DNA from: an uncultured Methanosarcinales archaeon
GTDB taxonomy: Archaea > Nanobdellota > Nanobdellia > Woesearchaeales > GW2011-AR9
Direction: 5' to 3'
Assembly (NCBI GenBank): GCA_964460605.1
Contig: CAYWPT010000002.1
Coordinates: forward strand, 1 to 62,434
Length of the DNA stretch: 62,434 bases
Shown here piece after piece: positions 16,117 to 27,014 of the stretch; positions within the stretch are counted from its first letter, which is position 1, and each line of letters begins with the position of its first letter. Both the position numbers and the translations under genes were made by a program. The notes under the pieces are model-generated. The model had not been told where the DNA came from. It worked only from the letters and a program-made list of their open reading frames with translations, and did no database searches.

Positions 16117-17595
16117 ATGTTAGTACAAAATATTATTGCTAAGTTTACAAATTTCTTTAGATCAAACACTAGAATAAAAAAAGTAGTATTTCTTCATGAA
16201 GTACCTGCTTGGCTAGGAACTAAAAGAAAAACAATCTATGAAAAGAAACATCTGGCTGAGCTTCTTGATCTTACTGCACTCTCATTAGCAAGAAACAGAC
16301 AAAGTCTTGCTAGCCTTTTAGACATTTTAGAGTCAAAAGAAAATGCTTTTAATTTCTTAGATGAGGGTAAAATTTTAGCAATCTTTTCAACTGCAAGAAA
16401 CATTCTAACAAAATTACAAGTACACGAAAAAATGAAACTTGATCAATTAAGTTATGTAATTGAATCATTTGAAGATGAACTGGGGGAATTATTATTATCC
16501 TTGATTGAAGCGAGGAAAAAGTTAAGTTCTGCAATGATATCTCAAGAACAAAGAAACGAAGTAGAAAAACACTTACAATCTTTTTCAGAACTCGTAGTGA
16601 GTCTTAAAAGAATTATTGACAATTATACTGAAAAATTACAAGAGTGTTCTTGGAACTCCTTAACTCAGTTAGAGAGAATTAGTAAAGAACTCGATCGATT
16701 ACTCAATAAAGAAATTGAATTAAAAGAAAAAGAAACTTTTCAAACAGCAAGATCAAGACGTGTAAAAGAACAAATTGAAGAAAAAAACCTTGAACTTCTT
16801 AAAATTAAAGATAGTCATGATTACCAATTATTAGCAAATACAAAAACTGAAGAAAAACTGATGAAAAAACGTTTAGATGAATTAGAAGACGAAATGTTTG
16901 TCTATCTAACAAAACTAAAAAACAGTCTTTCTGATTTAGTTGATTTCAATTCAAATTATCGTCTTTTAGATATTATCCAAAGATTACGCTCTTTCCAAGA
17001 AAATCTTAACTTTCTATTTGATTTAGACAAATTTAATCATTTTGTCCATTCTTTGACTTGGGTAGAATCACAAATAAAATCGGGTAATCTTCAAGAGAAA
17101 GAAAGCTCTGAATATGGTTTTTCAAGAGCTTTTTATGATTTACATGAAGGTTCAATGAAACAATTAATGGATGAGTACGAAAAAACAAGAATCAAGTTAC
17201 AAGTACTCCCACAAAAAAGGTTAGAAAGTTCTGCTCAAGATAAGGTGAATGATGCTTCCTATCGTCTTGAACATTTCAAAAACCAAAAATCAATGTTGGA
17301 TGGAAATTTAAGAAACATAGAAATTGCTTTGGCTAAAAATAAAGCAAGCCAAGAACAAAAAAAACGCTTGTTTGAAAACTTGTTACACATTAGTTTTGAT
17401 GTTTATGTAGAACTCTCTTTAATTCGACCAGAACCCGAAGTAAAAGTTCCTATAAAAGCTCTAGTAATAAAAAAGGAAGTCCCTCAAGAATTAAAAACTC
17501 AAGAAGAAAAGAAAGTTTTAGAAAGCACAATTGAAGAGACTATTAGAAAAGTACACGAAAGAACCCCCTCTTTTTCATCTCCTGAACAAGAATGA
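16117..17595 (+). CDS. coiled-coil protein of unknown function
   Basis: Long, heptad-rich, Glu/Lys/Leu-biased ORF. The start is taken at the ATG at 16117; the tracked start is a TTG that overlaps the upstream gene. Confidence 0.5.
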   Translation: MLVQNIIAKFTNFFRSNTRIKKVVFLHEVPAWLGTKRKTIYEKKHLAELLDLTALSLARNRQSLASLLDILESKENAFNFLDEGKILAIFSTARNILTKLQVHEKMKLDQLSYVIESFEDELGELLLSLIEARKKLSSAMISQEQRNEVEKHLQSFSELVVSLKRIIDNYTEKLQECSWNSLTQLERISKELDRLLNKEIELKEKETFQTARSRRVKEQIEEKNLELLKIKDSHDYQLLANTKTEEKLMKKRLDELEDEMFVYLTKLKNSLSDLVDFNSNYRLLDIIQRLRSFQENLNFLFDLDKFNHFVHSLTWVESQIKSGNLQEKESSEYGFSRAFYDLHEGSMKQLMDEYEKTRIKLQVLPQKRLESSAQDKVNDASYRLEHFKNQKSMLDGNLRNIEIALAKNKASQEQKKRLFENLLHISFDVYVELSLIRPEPEVKVPIKALVIKKEVPQELKTQEEKKVLESTIEETIRKVHERTPSFSSPEQE

Positions 17596-18768
17596 TCTTT
17601 TTCTTTTAATTCGAAGCGCTTCAAGCGCGGGCAATTTTTCTCCAGAAAGATAAGTGAGTGCTGCACCACCACCAGTAGATACATGACTAATCTTTTTAGA
17701 TAATTTAAATTTAAAAATCATCTCTGCACTCTCCCCACCACCACATAAACTAAACCCATTATTTTTTGCAATAGCCTTTGCAATATCTTTGCTCCCTTTT
17801 TGATATTTCGCCCATTCAGTGTAACCGAGTGGACCATTCCATACAACAGTTTCTGCTTTTTTAATATAATGGGAAAACAATTCTACTGTTTTAGGCCCAA
17901 TATCGAGTGCTATTTCTTTGTGTTCAATTGCATCAAATTCTTTGATATGGGCACTTCCTTGAGTAGAAAAACTCTCTGAACAAACATAATCTAATGGAAA
18001 TACAAACTTTTTCGCATTCCTACTTTTTAATAATCTTTTTGCAACTTTAACTGAAGCATCATTACAAATGGAATATCCAATTTGGTACCCTTGCGCTTTT
18101 AGGAATGGAAAAACAATGGCTCCACCTAATAAAATTTTATCTGCTTTTTTCAGTGCACTCTCTATTAGTTTTATTTTATTGAGTTTAGCGCCACCAAATA
18201 TCCATACACTTGGTCTTTTTCCGTGTAGTGCTTTATTCAAGTTAAGAATTTCTGTCTCAACTAAAAAACCGCTCGCTGAAGGAAGAAAATGGGTGATAGC
18301 ATCAAGTGATGCATGTTTTCTATGACTCACGCCAAAAGCATCATTAACATAAGCATCTGCTAAACTTGCTAAACTATGTGCAAAGGCTTTATCGTTTTCT
18401 TTCTCTTCAGAATAAAACCTAAGGTTTTCTAAAAGAAATATCTCTTTGTCCCTAGCATTTGCTATTCTTTTACGCACATCTTTTCCTATACAATTTTTGA
18501 GAAAAACAACTCTATATTCTGGAAGAAACTTTCCTAACTCTTTTGCAAGTGGTGCTAGACTAAACTTTTTGTTTTTTCTTCCATTTGGTCTTCCTAAGTG
18601 ACTTGCTATTACAAGAGTGCAATGTTTTTCAAGAAGATATTTAATTGTAGTAAGACTTTGTTTTATCTTATAATTATCTACTACTTTCTTTTTTTTAATA
18701 GGGACATTAAAATCTACTCTAAGAAAAACAGTTTTGTGCTGCAAGGGAATCTCAGTGAGTGAATACAT
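17575..18768 (-). CDS. pgk: phosphoglycerate kinase
   Basis: RVDFNVP, ASHLGRPNG and STGGGA motifs. 397 aa. Confidence 0.85.
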   Translation of the reverse strand: MYSLTEIPLQHKTVFLRVDFNVPIKKKKVVDNYKIKQSLTTIKYLLEKHCTLVIASHLGRPNGRKNKKFSLAPLAKELGKFLPEYRVVFLKNCIGKDVRKRIANARDKEIFLLENLRFYSEEKENDKAFAHSLASLADAYVNDAFGVSHRKHASLDAITHFLPSASGFLVETEILNLNKALHGKRPSVWIFGGAKLNKIKLIESALKKADKILLGGAIVFPFLKAQGYQIGYSICNDASVKVAKRLLKSRNAKKFVFPLDYVCSESFSTQGSAHIKEFDAIEHKEIALDIGPKTVELFSHYIKKAETVVWNGPLGYTEWAKYQKGSKDIAKAIAKNNGFSLCGGGESAEMIFKFKLSKKISHVSTGGGAALTYLSGEKLPALEALRIKRKRSFLFRR

Positions 18769-18887
18769 AAAGAAAAATATAATCTTAAGCTTTTTAATTT
18801 TTGCTAATAATTAACAGCGTGTATTTTGCTATCACTTTAAAATAGTCAACTAAATTTAAAAAGGAAAAAATAAGCTTTTTTCTCATC

Positions 18888-20015
18888 ATGGCGAAAAAGA
18901 GGGGCTCCGACTTATTCAAGGTAGATCACTTATCAAAATTGTATGGTGATCGTTACATCTTCAATGACGTTAACTTCACAGTAAAATCTGGAGAGATCTT
19001 AGGTGTTATCGCAAGAAGTGGTAGTGGAAAAACAACTTTCTTAAACATGCTTGTTGGTTTAATTCAACCAGAAAAAGGTGGTGTGTATTTTAAAGATAGT
19101 CACCTAGTACAATCTGGTGATCACCAAGGAATGCGCAGAGTACAACGTTATAACAAATCTTTGAAAAGAATTTATGGTTTCGCAGCTCAAAATCCAAGTT
19201 TCTATCCGAGTTTAACTGCTTGGGAAAATTTAATGTATTTTGGATCACTCTATAATATCCCAAAAGAGAACCTAAAATCTCAAGCAGAAAACCTTCTTAA
19301 ATTAGTTGATTTATCACAAGCTAAAAATATGTTGGCAAAAAACATGTCCGGTGGTATGAAAAGACGATTAGACATTGCTTGCTCATTAGTACATGATCCT
19401 AAAATTTTGATTTTAGACGAGCCAACTGCAGATTTAGACCCTGTTCTCTCTAATAAAATTTGGAACATTTTACGTGTAGTGAACCAAAAAGGAACCACTG
19501 TTATTTTAGCAAGTCACCATATCATTGAATTAGAACATTTATGTGATAGGATTATTATTTTTAAAGATGGTAGGATTGCAGCTTTAGGTAAACCTTCTGA
19601 ATTAAAATCAAAGAACCTAGTTGAAGAGAGCATTTATGTGATGACTTCTCCTGGGGATTATGATACTGTTATAAAAAAGCTGAGTGCAAATGTAATGAAA
19701 AACATTGAAAAACACAAAGTTGTAGATAAAATGCTTGTAGTAGATGCAAGGAATACTAATCTAGTAATTAAGGAATTAATTAAAACCTTAGAGGCTAATG
19801 GAGAGAAAATTATTGATATTGAATTTAGAAAACCAACATTGGACAAAGTTTTCATCCAAATTGATGAAGGAAAGGTTGCTCCAAAGAAAACTAAAAAGAA
19901 AGCTACAAGAAAAAAGTCTGCTAAAAAAAGAACAGCAAAAAAGAAAGTTGTTAAAAAAACAGAAACTGAAAACGAAGAAGAGTCTAATGAGGAAGAAAAT
20001 GAGGAAGAACAATGA
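18888..20015 (+). CDS. ABC transporter ATP-binding protein with a Lys/Glu-rich tail
   Basis: Walker A GSGKTT, signature MSGGMKRR, Walker B ILILDEP. The C-terminal tail is KKTKKKATRKKSAKKR...EEENEEEQ. Confidence 0.85.
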   Translation: MAKKRGSDLFKVDHLSKLYGDRYIFNDVNFTVKSGEILGVIARSGSGKTTFLNMLVGLIQPEKGGVYFKDSHLVQSGDHQGMRRVQRYNKSLKRIYGFAAQNPSFYPSLTAWENLMYFGSLYNIPKENLKSQAENLLKLVDLSQAKNMLAKNMSGGMKRRLDIACSLVHDPKILILDEPTADLDPVLSNKIWNILRVVNQKGTTVILASHHIIELEHLCDRIIIFKDGRIAALGKPSELKSKNLVEESIYVMTSPGDYDTVIKKLSANVMKNIEKHKVVDKMLVVDARNTNLVIKELIKTLEANGEKIIDIEFRKPTLDKVFIQIDEGKVAPKKTKKKATRKKSAKKRTAKKKVVKKTETENEEESNEEENEEEQ

Positions 20016-22015
20016 AACTATTTACTATCTTAAGAAAGAATTTTAAGTTATTATTCCGTTCTAAATCTTCGGCTTTCGTGGTATTTGTAGGACCACTTCT
20101 TATTATTGCACTTATTTTAATTACATTCTCATTTTCGCATGATGCAGCATTAACTGTTGGTCTGTCAAATGCTGATCAGGCTGGAACAAGTGATTTTATT
20201 GACTCTTTAGCAAATAGTGGTTATGATACTGTAACTTATTTTAACCTTGATCAATGTGTTGAAGATGTTAAATTGGGTACAATTAATCTTTGTTTAAGCT
20301 TCCAAGATGGTTTTGCTCAAGTAGATGGAACAACTAAACAAGTCGAATTTTTTATTGATCAATCACGTATTAATATTGTAGAATCAATTATTTTTGCAAT
20401 TAGTACTAATATAGATACTAAATCAGAAGAAATTACTTTATCAAAAACAAAAAACATTCTTAATTCTATTGGCGCTAGTGCTGATCTTATTATTGAGGAA
20501 CAAGAAGTAAGTATAGGTAATATTGATGGTGGTATCCGTTCTGGGACAGCAAGCATTACCGCAAGTTCAGGAAAAATTTCAGAGAGTGTTGGTGAAATTA
20601 CTATTGACCAAAGTAACATGGCAGGTGAGGTTGTTATCTTACAAGAAAAAACAAAGGAATTGGAAAGCAAAACTAAAGAACTTAAGAATGCTGCAGAAGA
20701 TGCAGGCTGTTGTTCAAGTCAATTATCTGCATTAGATGACATTTTTAATGATGATAATGAATTAATTGAAGATTCTCTTGCAAATTTAGAAACAGCAATT
20801 GATGAATTAAAAGATGCTAACGAAGCTTTAGATTTATCAAGTGCAGAATCTGCATTAATTGAAGAAAAGATTTTATCGGTGACTGGCCTTATTGCAGAGA
20901 TGAAAACTAGTTTAGAAAACATTAATGCTGAAGCTTTATCTATTAAGGACCTAAGTCAAGAAAGTGTAGAAAATCCTTTTGAGATTACTGTTAATGAAGT
21001 TGTAGCTAATTCAAACAGATCTTTATTCATCTTCCCTTACTATCTTATGCTTATGATCTTATTTGTAGGTATGATGTTATCAAGTAACTTAGTTGTAATG
21101 GAAAAAGAATCCTTGGCATTCTTTAGAAACTTCTCTTCACCTACAAGTGAGGGTGCTCATATCTTTGCAAGATTCTTATCAAACTTTACTATTGTAGCAG
21201 TACAACTATTTGCAGTATTATTAGCCGTATATTTCTTCATCAAAATTCCAATTTTAAACAACGTTTTCGTGAGCATTACCATTTTATTACTAAGTATAAC
21301 TTTCTTTATATTCTTAGGTTATCTCTTAGGGTATATTTTTAAGACGCAGGAAGGAATTACTATTGGATTTATCTCATTGGGTGGATTGTTTGCATTTTTA
21401 TCGAACTTGATTCTACCTGTGGAGAGTTTCCCTCTTTTTGCACAAAAGATGTTATTATTCAATCCTTACATGCTTGCTTCAGAAATGTTAAAAAAATCAA
21501 TTTTATTTAGTGCAGGTTTTGGAATATTAAAAGCTGAATTTTTACTTTTGTTTGCTTACACAATTATCACGGTGTTACTTGGATTTACTCTACAACGTTT
21601 ATCCTTTAACAGGTTCTTTATCAATTCAAAAACAAGAAATGCTATGAAGAGACCTCATATTACTAAGGACAAATTTTTCAGACTAGAAAATGATACTATC
21701 CTGAAGAGTTTACCTGATTTAGTTAAAGCTTTAAGAAAAATGAGTCAAGAGGATTTAAACACTTATGTAAGCCCTAAGAACAACGAATTTTCAATTTGGG
21801 TTTCAGATGCTTTCAAAAAGAAAAAGCTTGCACGAGCATTAAGAAAGTGTGCTGGTAAAGAATCTATGATTGATACTCTTGAGTATTTCTTATCTCAGAA
21901 AACTATAGCTCATGAACCTTTAATGACAAAAAGATGGTTTAAGATTGCTTTAATCTCAACTGTTACTGCTGTGATTATTGGTCTGATTATTACTATTCTT
22001 ATTTTGATTTTCTAA
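20012..22015 (+). CDS. ABC-2 type permease with a large extracytoplasmic coiled-coil domain and an extra C-terminal domain
   Basis: ATGA overlap with the ATPase gene. It has an N-terminal TM, about 300 aa of coiled-coil-like sequence, a multi-TM core, then a soluble segment (LENDTILKSLPDLVKAL..NNEFSIWVSDAF) and a final TM. Confidence 0.65.
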   Translation: MKLFTILRKNFKLLFRSKSSAFVVFVGPLLIIALILITFSFSHDAALTVGLSNADQAGTSDFIDSLANSGYDTVTYFNLDQCVEDVKLGTINLCLSFQDGFAQVDGTTKQVEFFIDQSRINIVESIIFAISTNIDTKSEEITLSKTKNILNSIGASADLIIEEQEVSIGNIDGGIRSGTASITASSGKISESVGEITIDQSNMAGEVVILQEKTKELESKTKELKNAAEDAGCCSSQLSALDDIFNDDNELIEDSLANLETAIDELKDANEALDLSSAESALIEEKILSVTGLIAEMKTSLENINAEALSIKDLSQESVENPFEITVNEVVANSNRSLFIFPYYLMLMILFVGMMLSSNLVVMEKESLAFFRNFSSPTSEGAHIFARFLSNFTIVAVQLFAVLLAVYFFIKIPILNNVFVSITILLLSITFFIFLGYLLGYIFKTQEGITIGFISLGGLFAFLSNLILPVESFPLFAQKMLLFNPYMLASEMLKKSILFSAGFGILKAEFLLLFAYTIITVLLGFTLQRLSFNRFFINSKTRNAMKRPHITKDKFFRLENDTILKSLPDLVKALRKMSQEDLNTYVSPKNNEFSIWVSDAFKKKKLARALRKCAGKESMIDTLEYFLSQKTIAHEPLMTKRWFKIALISTVTAVIIGLIITILILIF

Positions 22016-23239
22016 GAGAATGTTAAGTTCTTGTTTTATTCTTGTCTGAAAATCATAAGACTTTTCTCCTTCAATTTTCTTTGTATTTAATGCTTTCAAC
22101 AATTCTTTGCTTAAATTAAGTTCTACACCCTTGGAGAACAAGTTTAATTGCTGTAGGTGCTCTTTGATGATATCTTCTTCTACCTGCTCAGGACTAGTAC
22201 CCTCAACATTAACCATGATTTGTTCAAACTCTTTGCTACTCAGTTTAGTTGTGTTTTTCATAACAAAGTAGGCCCCTTTTTCATAAAACTCTTTGAAGAT
22301 CTCTTGAAAATTAATATCGCTTGTTTTTCCTTTAGCTAACTTTCCTTTGATACGGATTGTTATAAGGGAGTTATTTAAGTCTTCATTGAAATAATTGAGA
22401 ATTTCACTTTTTACTTGTTCTGGTAACTTTTCATTTGCATCAATGATACACTTTTTGTGTTCTTTGATCTTGATATCTATGAAATTAATTTTATGATCAA
22501 ATGAATCATTCACATCAATGATATAAAAACCACCGTGGCTATATTTCTCTAACTCTGCAAAATTGTTCGGGAACAATGCTCCTGTGTAGGTGAGAGTTCC
22601 GTATTCTGGGATTTCAATCAAGTTTCTATGGTGAATATGTCCACCTGCATAATAATTAAAGTGTTTAGGTAAGAAAGATGAAGGTTGTGAATCAAGCATT
22701 TCTAGGTGTTTTGGTTTAAGTTCTGTTAAAGTGGTGTGGAACATAAAGATTTTGTAACCTTCTTCTTGTTCTAATGATATTCTGTTCAAGTTTTCATAAT
22801 AAGATTTGTCCAGCATTCCTCTTCTTCCAATAATGCCTGTTATTTTTGCTCCTGTTTTTTCATCTTTAGTGATTTTCAATTCTAATTGTTTAGTCTCTGG
22901 ATTTACTGAACCTTTGCATACGTTAATGAGTAACCCTGCATTTTCTAGCACATCAAGCATCGTCTTTCCTGATGGTGAGAAATCATGGCTTCCTGCTATT
23001 GCGTAAAGTGGGATATCTCTTTTATTGAGTTCTTTGAGTTTTTTGGTAACGATTTTGAGTGTATCAACAGCTGGCATACTGGTGTTGAATAAATCTCCAG
23101 CGAATAAAACAAAATCAACATTTTCTTCTATACACCTATCAATAGCATTCAAAAATACTTGGGTTGAAACTGCTCTCATTTTTGGTTCACGCCATGATCC
23201 TAAATGTAAATCTGCTAAATGAGCGTATCGAAAAGCCAT
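21956..23239 (-). CDS. mre11: Mre11/SbcD-type metallophosphoesterase nuclease
   Basis: DLHLG, GDLFN, GSHD and GGHIHH phosphoesterase motifs. The 3' end overlaps the convergent permease gene by 60 nt. No adjacent rad50 is seen. Confidence 0.7.
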   Translation of the reverse strand: MAFRYAHLADLHLGSWREPKMRAVSTQVFLNAIDRCIEENVDFVLFAGDLFNTSMPAVDTLKIVTKKLKELNKRDIPLYAIAGSHDFSPSGKTMLDVLENAGLLINVCKGSVNPETKQLELKITKDEKTGAKITGIIGRRGMLDKSYYENLNRISLEQEEGYKIFMFHTTLTELKPKHLEMLDSQPSSFLPKHFNYYAGGHIHHRNLIEIPEYGTLTYTGALFPNNFAELEKYSHGGFYIIDVNDSFDHKINFIDIKIKEHKKCIIDANEKLPEQVKSEILNYFNEDLNNSLITIRIKGKLAKGKTSDINFQEIFKEFYEKGAYFVMKNTTKLSSKEFEQIMVNVEGTSPEQVEEDIIKEHLQQLNLFSKGVELNLSKELLKALNTKKIEGEKSYDFQTRIKQELNILLENQNKNSNNQTNNHSSNS

Positions 23240-23328
23240 AACTTTTTGTTCTGAATTGTGTTTTAAATGATTGTTGTAATGCAGACTCTAAACAATAGCT
23301 TAATTAAGGATAAAATATTGTTTTAGTT

Positions 23329-24207
23329 GTGGCAAAGAAAAAAGAAGCTATGACTAAGTATTACATTTTTATGTTCTTAGCAGCTATGTGTATAGGAACT
23401 ATTGGTGTTTTTGTAAAATTGATTGGTTCTGCACTTCCAGCAATGTCACTCAATTTCTTAAGGATCTTCATTGCAATGCTATTCTTATTTGTTACGATAC
23501 CTTTCTTAGATAAAAAATGGTATAAGGTTGATAAACAAACCCTCAAAGAATATGCTTTTATTGGATTTCTCTATGCACTAGCACTTTCATTATTTAATAT
23601 GGCTAATTTGCATGCGCCTGTACAAAATGTAGTATTGATTTTCTCAAGCTTTCCCTTCTTTGTTTTAATTTTTGCTTACTTTATGTTGGGTGAGAAAATA
23701 ACCTCGACAAAACTAGGTTTATTGGCTATAGCTTTTGTGGCTTTAGCAATCATTAATCCATTTAATTCTGGTGCTAGTTTATTAGGTAACATTTTTGCAG
23801 TAGCTAATGCAATAGTTTTTGCTTTTTTAGTAGTACAAATGCGTATGCAAAATAAGAAACACAATATTGGTGATGTTTTGTGGTTTATGATATTTGCGAG
23901 TGTTTTCCTATTACCATTTCCATTCATCTATGGTTTAGGAGAAATAGTCTCTATCTTGCCTTATTTGTTAGTTTTAGGTATAGTATCAACAGGTTTGGCT
24001 TATCTCTTCTATAATTTAGCCTTGGAGAGATTAGAAGCAGAGGTAAGTTCGATTATTGTTATTTTAGTAAACCCTCTAATTGCAATTACTTTGGCTTATG
24101 TGATCTTAGGTGAGATGCTTAGTGTTCGTTTGATTGTTGGTGGTTCAATATTATTGGCAGCATCATTGTACTTAGCTTTGCATACTAAGAACATAGAAAA
24201 AGAATAA
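23329..24207 (+). CDS. EamA/DMT-family transporter
   Basis: Ten hydrophobic helices in two EamA-like halves. Alternative ATG start at 23350. Confidence 0.75.
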   Translation: MAKKKEAMTKYYIFMFLAAMCIGTIGVFVKLIGSALPAMSLNFLRIFIAMLFLFVTIPFLDKKWYKVDKQTLKEYAFIGFLYALALSLFNMANLHAPVQNVVLIFSSFPFFVLIFAYFMLGEKITSTKLGLLAIAFVALAIINPFNSGASLLGNIFAVANAIVFAFLVVQMRMQNKKHNIGDVLWFMIFASVFLLPFPFIYGLGEIVSILPYLLVLGIVSTGLAYLFYNLALERLEAEVSSIIVILVNPLIAITLAYVILGEMLSVRLIVGGSILLAASLYLALHTKNIEKE

Positions 24208-24208
24208 A

Positions 24209-24619
24209 TTAAACTAACTTACTCTTCAAACCAGAAATACGTGTAACCAAACTCTGCGCAGCACCTTTACTCACAGTCTGCCTTTTCTCCAAATCTTGAA
24301 TTGCACCTTGTAATAATATTACAACACTTCTATGACTCTCGGGTAATAATGGACTCAACCTTTGCACAGACTTTTTAATTTTAGCTAGCTCAATTTTTAT
24401 GCTATTGCCATACCTGTGCTGTTGATTACGTGAATCATCACTTCTTCTCTCTTCTAGAAGTCGCGCTAAATCGAGAACTCTGCGAGCATCATCTTCTAAA
24501 AAACCTAACTTTGCTTTGAGAACCCGTTTTTCTTCAGCATCCTTCTCTTGTTTAGCCATAAAATCCATAAGATAAAGAAAAGTAAAAGAAGTATTTATAC
24601 TTTTAGATACTTTATTCAA
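24209..24619 (-). CDS. hypothetical helical protein
   Basis: 136-aa ORF that overlaps the glmS stop by 8 nt. No recognised motif. Confidence 0.4.
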   Translation of the reverse strand: MNKVSKSINTSFTFLYLMDFMAKQEKDAEEKRVLKAKLGFLEDDARRVLDLARLLEERRSDDSRNQQHRYGNSIKIELAKIKKSVQRLSPLLPESHRSVVILLQGAIQDLEKRQTVSKGAAQSLVTRISGLKSKLV

Positions 24620-26447
24620 CAGTCACTGACTTAGCCAAGTTACGTGGTTGATCAATTTCACATCCACGAGCTAAAGCGGTATAATAAGCAAGAAGCTGTA
24701 AAGGAATAGAAAAGACAATAGCTTGTAGATAATCAGGAACTTCGGGAACTCGAATAACATGATCTACAAAGTTAGCAACCTCATGATCATTTCTTTGTAC
24801 TAAAGCCACTACTTTAGCACTACGGGCCTTCACTTCTTGCACATTACTCAATATTTTTTCATAAATGGGATCATTTTTAGGGATAATGGTCACTACTGGA
24901 AAACCATCTTCAAGCAAAGCAATAGGACCATGCTTCATCTCTGCTGCAGGAAAAGCTTCTGAATGAATATAAGAAATCTCTTTCATTTTCAAAGAACCTT
25001 CTAAAGCAGTAGGCACATTTATTCCACGACCTAAGAAAAAACAGCTTTTAGCATCTTTAAACTCCTGAGCAATTTTTTTGATATTTTCTTCTTCTTCATA
25101 ACATTCCTTCACTAATTCTGGAACGGTAGTTAAAGAATCTAATTTTTTCTCCGTCTCTTCTCTTGACAAAGCACCTTTAATATAACCTAAAGTGAAAGCA
25201 AATTTTAAGATACTCAGCACTTGACCTGTAAAGGCTTTTGTTGATGCAACTCCAATCTCTGGTCCTGCACGGATATAAGTCCCTGCTGCAACTTCTCGCG
25301 CAATACTACTTCCTACAACATTGACAAAAGCAAAAGTTTTTGCACCATTTTTTTTTGCTTCATCTAAAGCAGCTAATGTATCTGCTGTCTCTCCACTTTG
25401 TGAGATAACTATAAATAAATCTTTAGGCCCAATAATTGGTTTTTTGTACCTAAACTCTGATGCATACTCCACATCTACTGGAATTCTACAATACTTTTCA
25501 ATAACTGTTTTCGCAACTAATGCAGCATGCCAAGAAGTTCCACAAGCAGCAAAAACAATACGGTCTAATTTCTTTACAAAATCTTCAGGCAATTTTCTTT
25601 GTAATTTTTCAACTGCATGGTTTAAATTTGTTCTTCCTGCGATACAATTACGCAAACTCTCAGGTTGCTCATAAATCTCTTTGAGCATAAAATGGTCATA
25701 ACCATTTTTTTCCATAGCGCTTAAATCCCATTCAATGTGTGTTTCATTTCTATCTAGACATTTATCGTGCCCTTCACAAAGGTTATGTAAATCATAGCTA
25801 GTACTACTCACAACTAAAACATCATCATCTTCTAAATATAACACTCTACGTGTATGTTCTAAAAATGCAGCAGGATCTGAAGCTATAAAATACTCTCCAT
25901 CACCAATTCCTAAACAAAGTGGACTCCCTTTTCTAGCAGCATACAATTTATTCTCCGCTTTATTTAAAATCACGATTCCATAGGCACCGACAACTTCATG
26001 CAGGGCGTCCATAACTGCTTTTTGAAAATCACTTTGGCCATTTTTCTTATAGAAATAATCAACTACTTTGGTTAAAACCTCTGAATCTGTTTGAGAATAA
26101 AATTGGTAGCCTTTCTCTTGCATTTTTTTCTTTAATGAAGCATAATTTTCAATAATCCCATTGTGTACAAGAGCAATACTTTTTTCCTTATTCTGATGTG
26201 GGTGCGCGTTCGCTTCTGTTGGACTTCCATGTGTTGCCCAACGGGTGTGCGCAATACCAATAGAACCCGGTAAAACCTTATGTTTTAAATTAATTACTTT
26301 ACCAACAGCTTTATTGATGTGTAGTTCATCATCAGAAAAAGTTGACACGCCAGCAGAATCGTAACCTCTATACTCCAATCTTTCTAAACCATTTACAAGG
26401 ATTGGAAAGGCTTCTTTCCAACCTATATACGCTGTTATGCCACACAT
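24612..26447 (-). CDS. glmS: glutamine--fructose-6-phosphate aminotransferase
   Basis: MCGITAYIG provides the N-terminal catalytic Cys, so the start is set at ATG 26447. Two SIS domains are present, with the C-terminal NLAKSVTVE. Confidence 0.9.
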   Translation of the reverse strand: MCGITAYIGWKEAFPILVNGLERLEYRGYDSAGVSTFSDDELHINKAVGKVINLKHKVLPGSIGIAHTRWATHGSPTEANAHPHQNKEKSIALVHNGIIENYASLKKKMQEKGYQFYSQTDSEVLTKVVDYFYKKNGQSDFQKAVMDALHEVVGAYGIVILNKAENKLYAARKGSPLCLGIGDGEYFIASDPAAFLEHTRRVLYLEDDDVLVVSSTSYDLHNLCEGHDKCLDRNETHIEWDLSAMEKNGYDHFMLKEIYEQPESLRNCIAGRTNLNHAVEKLQRKLPEDFVKKLDRIVFAACGTSWHAALVAKTVIEKYCRIPVDVEYASEFRYKKPIIGPKDLFIVISQSGETADTLAALDEAKKNGAKTFAFVNVVGSSIAREVAAGTYIRAGPEIGVASTKAFTGQVLSILKFAFTLGYIKGALSREETEKKLDSLTTVPELVKECYEEEENIKKIAQEFKDAKSCFFLGRGINVPTALEGSLKMKEISYIHSEAFPAAEMKHGPIALLEDGFPVVTIIPKNDPIYEKILSNVQEVKARSAKVVALVQRNDHEVANFVDHVIRVPEVPDYLQAIVFSIPLQLLAYYTALARGCEIDQPRNLAKSVTVE

Positions 26448-26684
26448 TTCAATGTAAAGAAACAAGAAAATACTTTAAGAATTTTATGGAAGTAGGGATT
26501 AGTCACTCTTAGAGACTAAAGATTTATAAATAAACTACATTCTAACTTTAATATTGCCAATGACTTGTTACTCGGTGACTTGGAGGCGAAACGAAATGTT
26601 TCATCTTCTAAATTGAGTAAATAATCAAGTTCTAGCAAAAATCAAACTAATTAAACTATAATTTAGTTTAGGGGTAAATATAAA

Positions 26685-27005
26685 ATGGTTGATGAAGCAA
26701 AAGTATTAGAAGCTGTGGAAATCGCAAGAAACACAGGAAAAATTAGAAAAGGGTCCAACGAAGCTACCAAAGCTTTAGAAAAAGGGATCGCAAAATTAGT
26801 TGTATATGCAAGCGACGTAAGTCCTAAAGAAGTTGTAATGCACTTACCCTTACTTAGTAAAGAAAAAGGCGTAACATGCATTGAGATTAGCAAAAAAGAA
26901 GATCTTGGCGCAGCAGCAGGCTTACCAGTAAGCACAGCAGCAGTAGCAGTTGTAAAAGAAGGAGACGCAAAAGCAATTATCGAATCTTTAGCTAGCGAAG
27001 AATAG
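26685..27005 (+). CDS. rpl7ae: ribosomal protein L7Ae
   Basis: IRKGSNEATKALEKGIAKLVVYASDV is the typical L7Ae/L30e fold signature. Confidence 0.9.
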   Translation: MVDEAKVLEAVEIARNTGKIRKGSNEATKALEKGIAKLVVYASDVSPKEVVMHLPLLSKEKGVTCIEISKKEDLGAAAGLPVSTAAVAVVKEGDAKAIIESLASEE

Positions 27006-27014
27006 GTGCATAAG

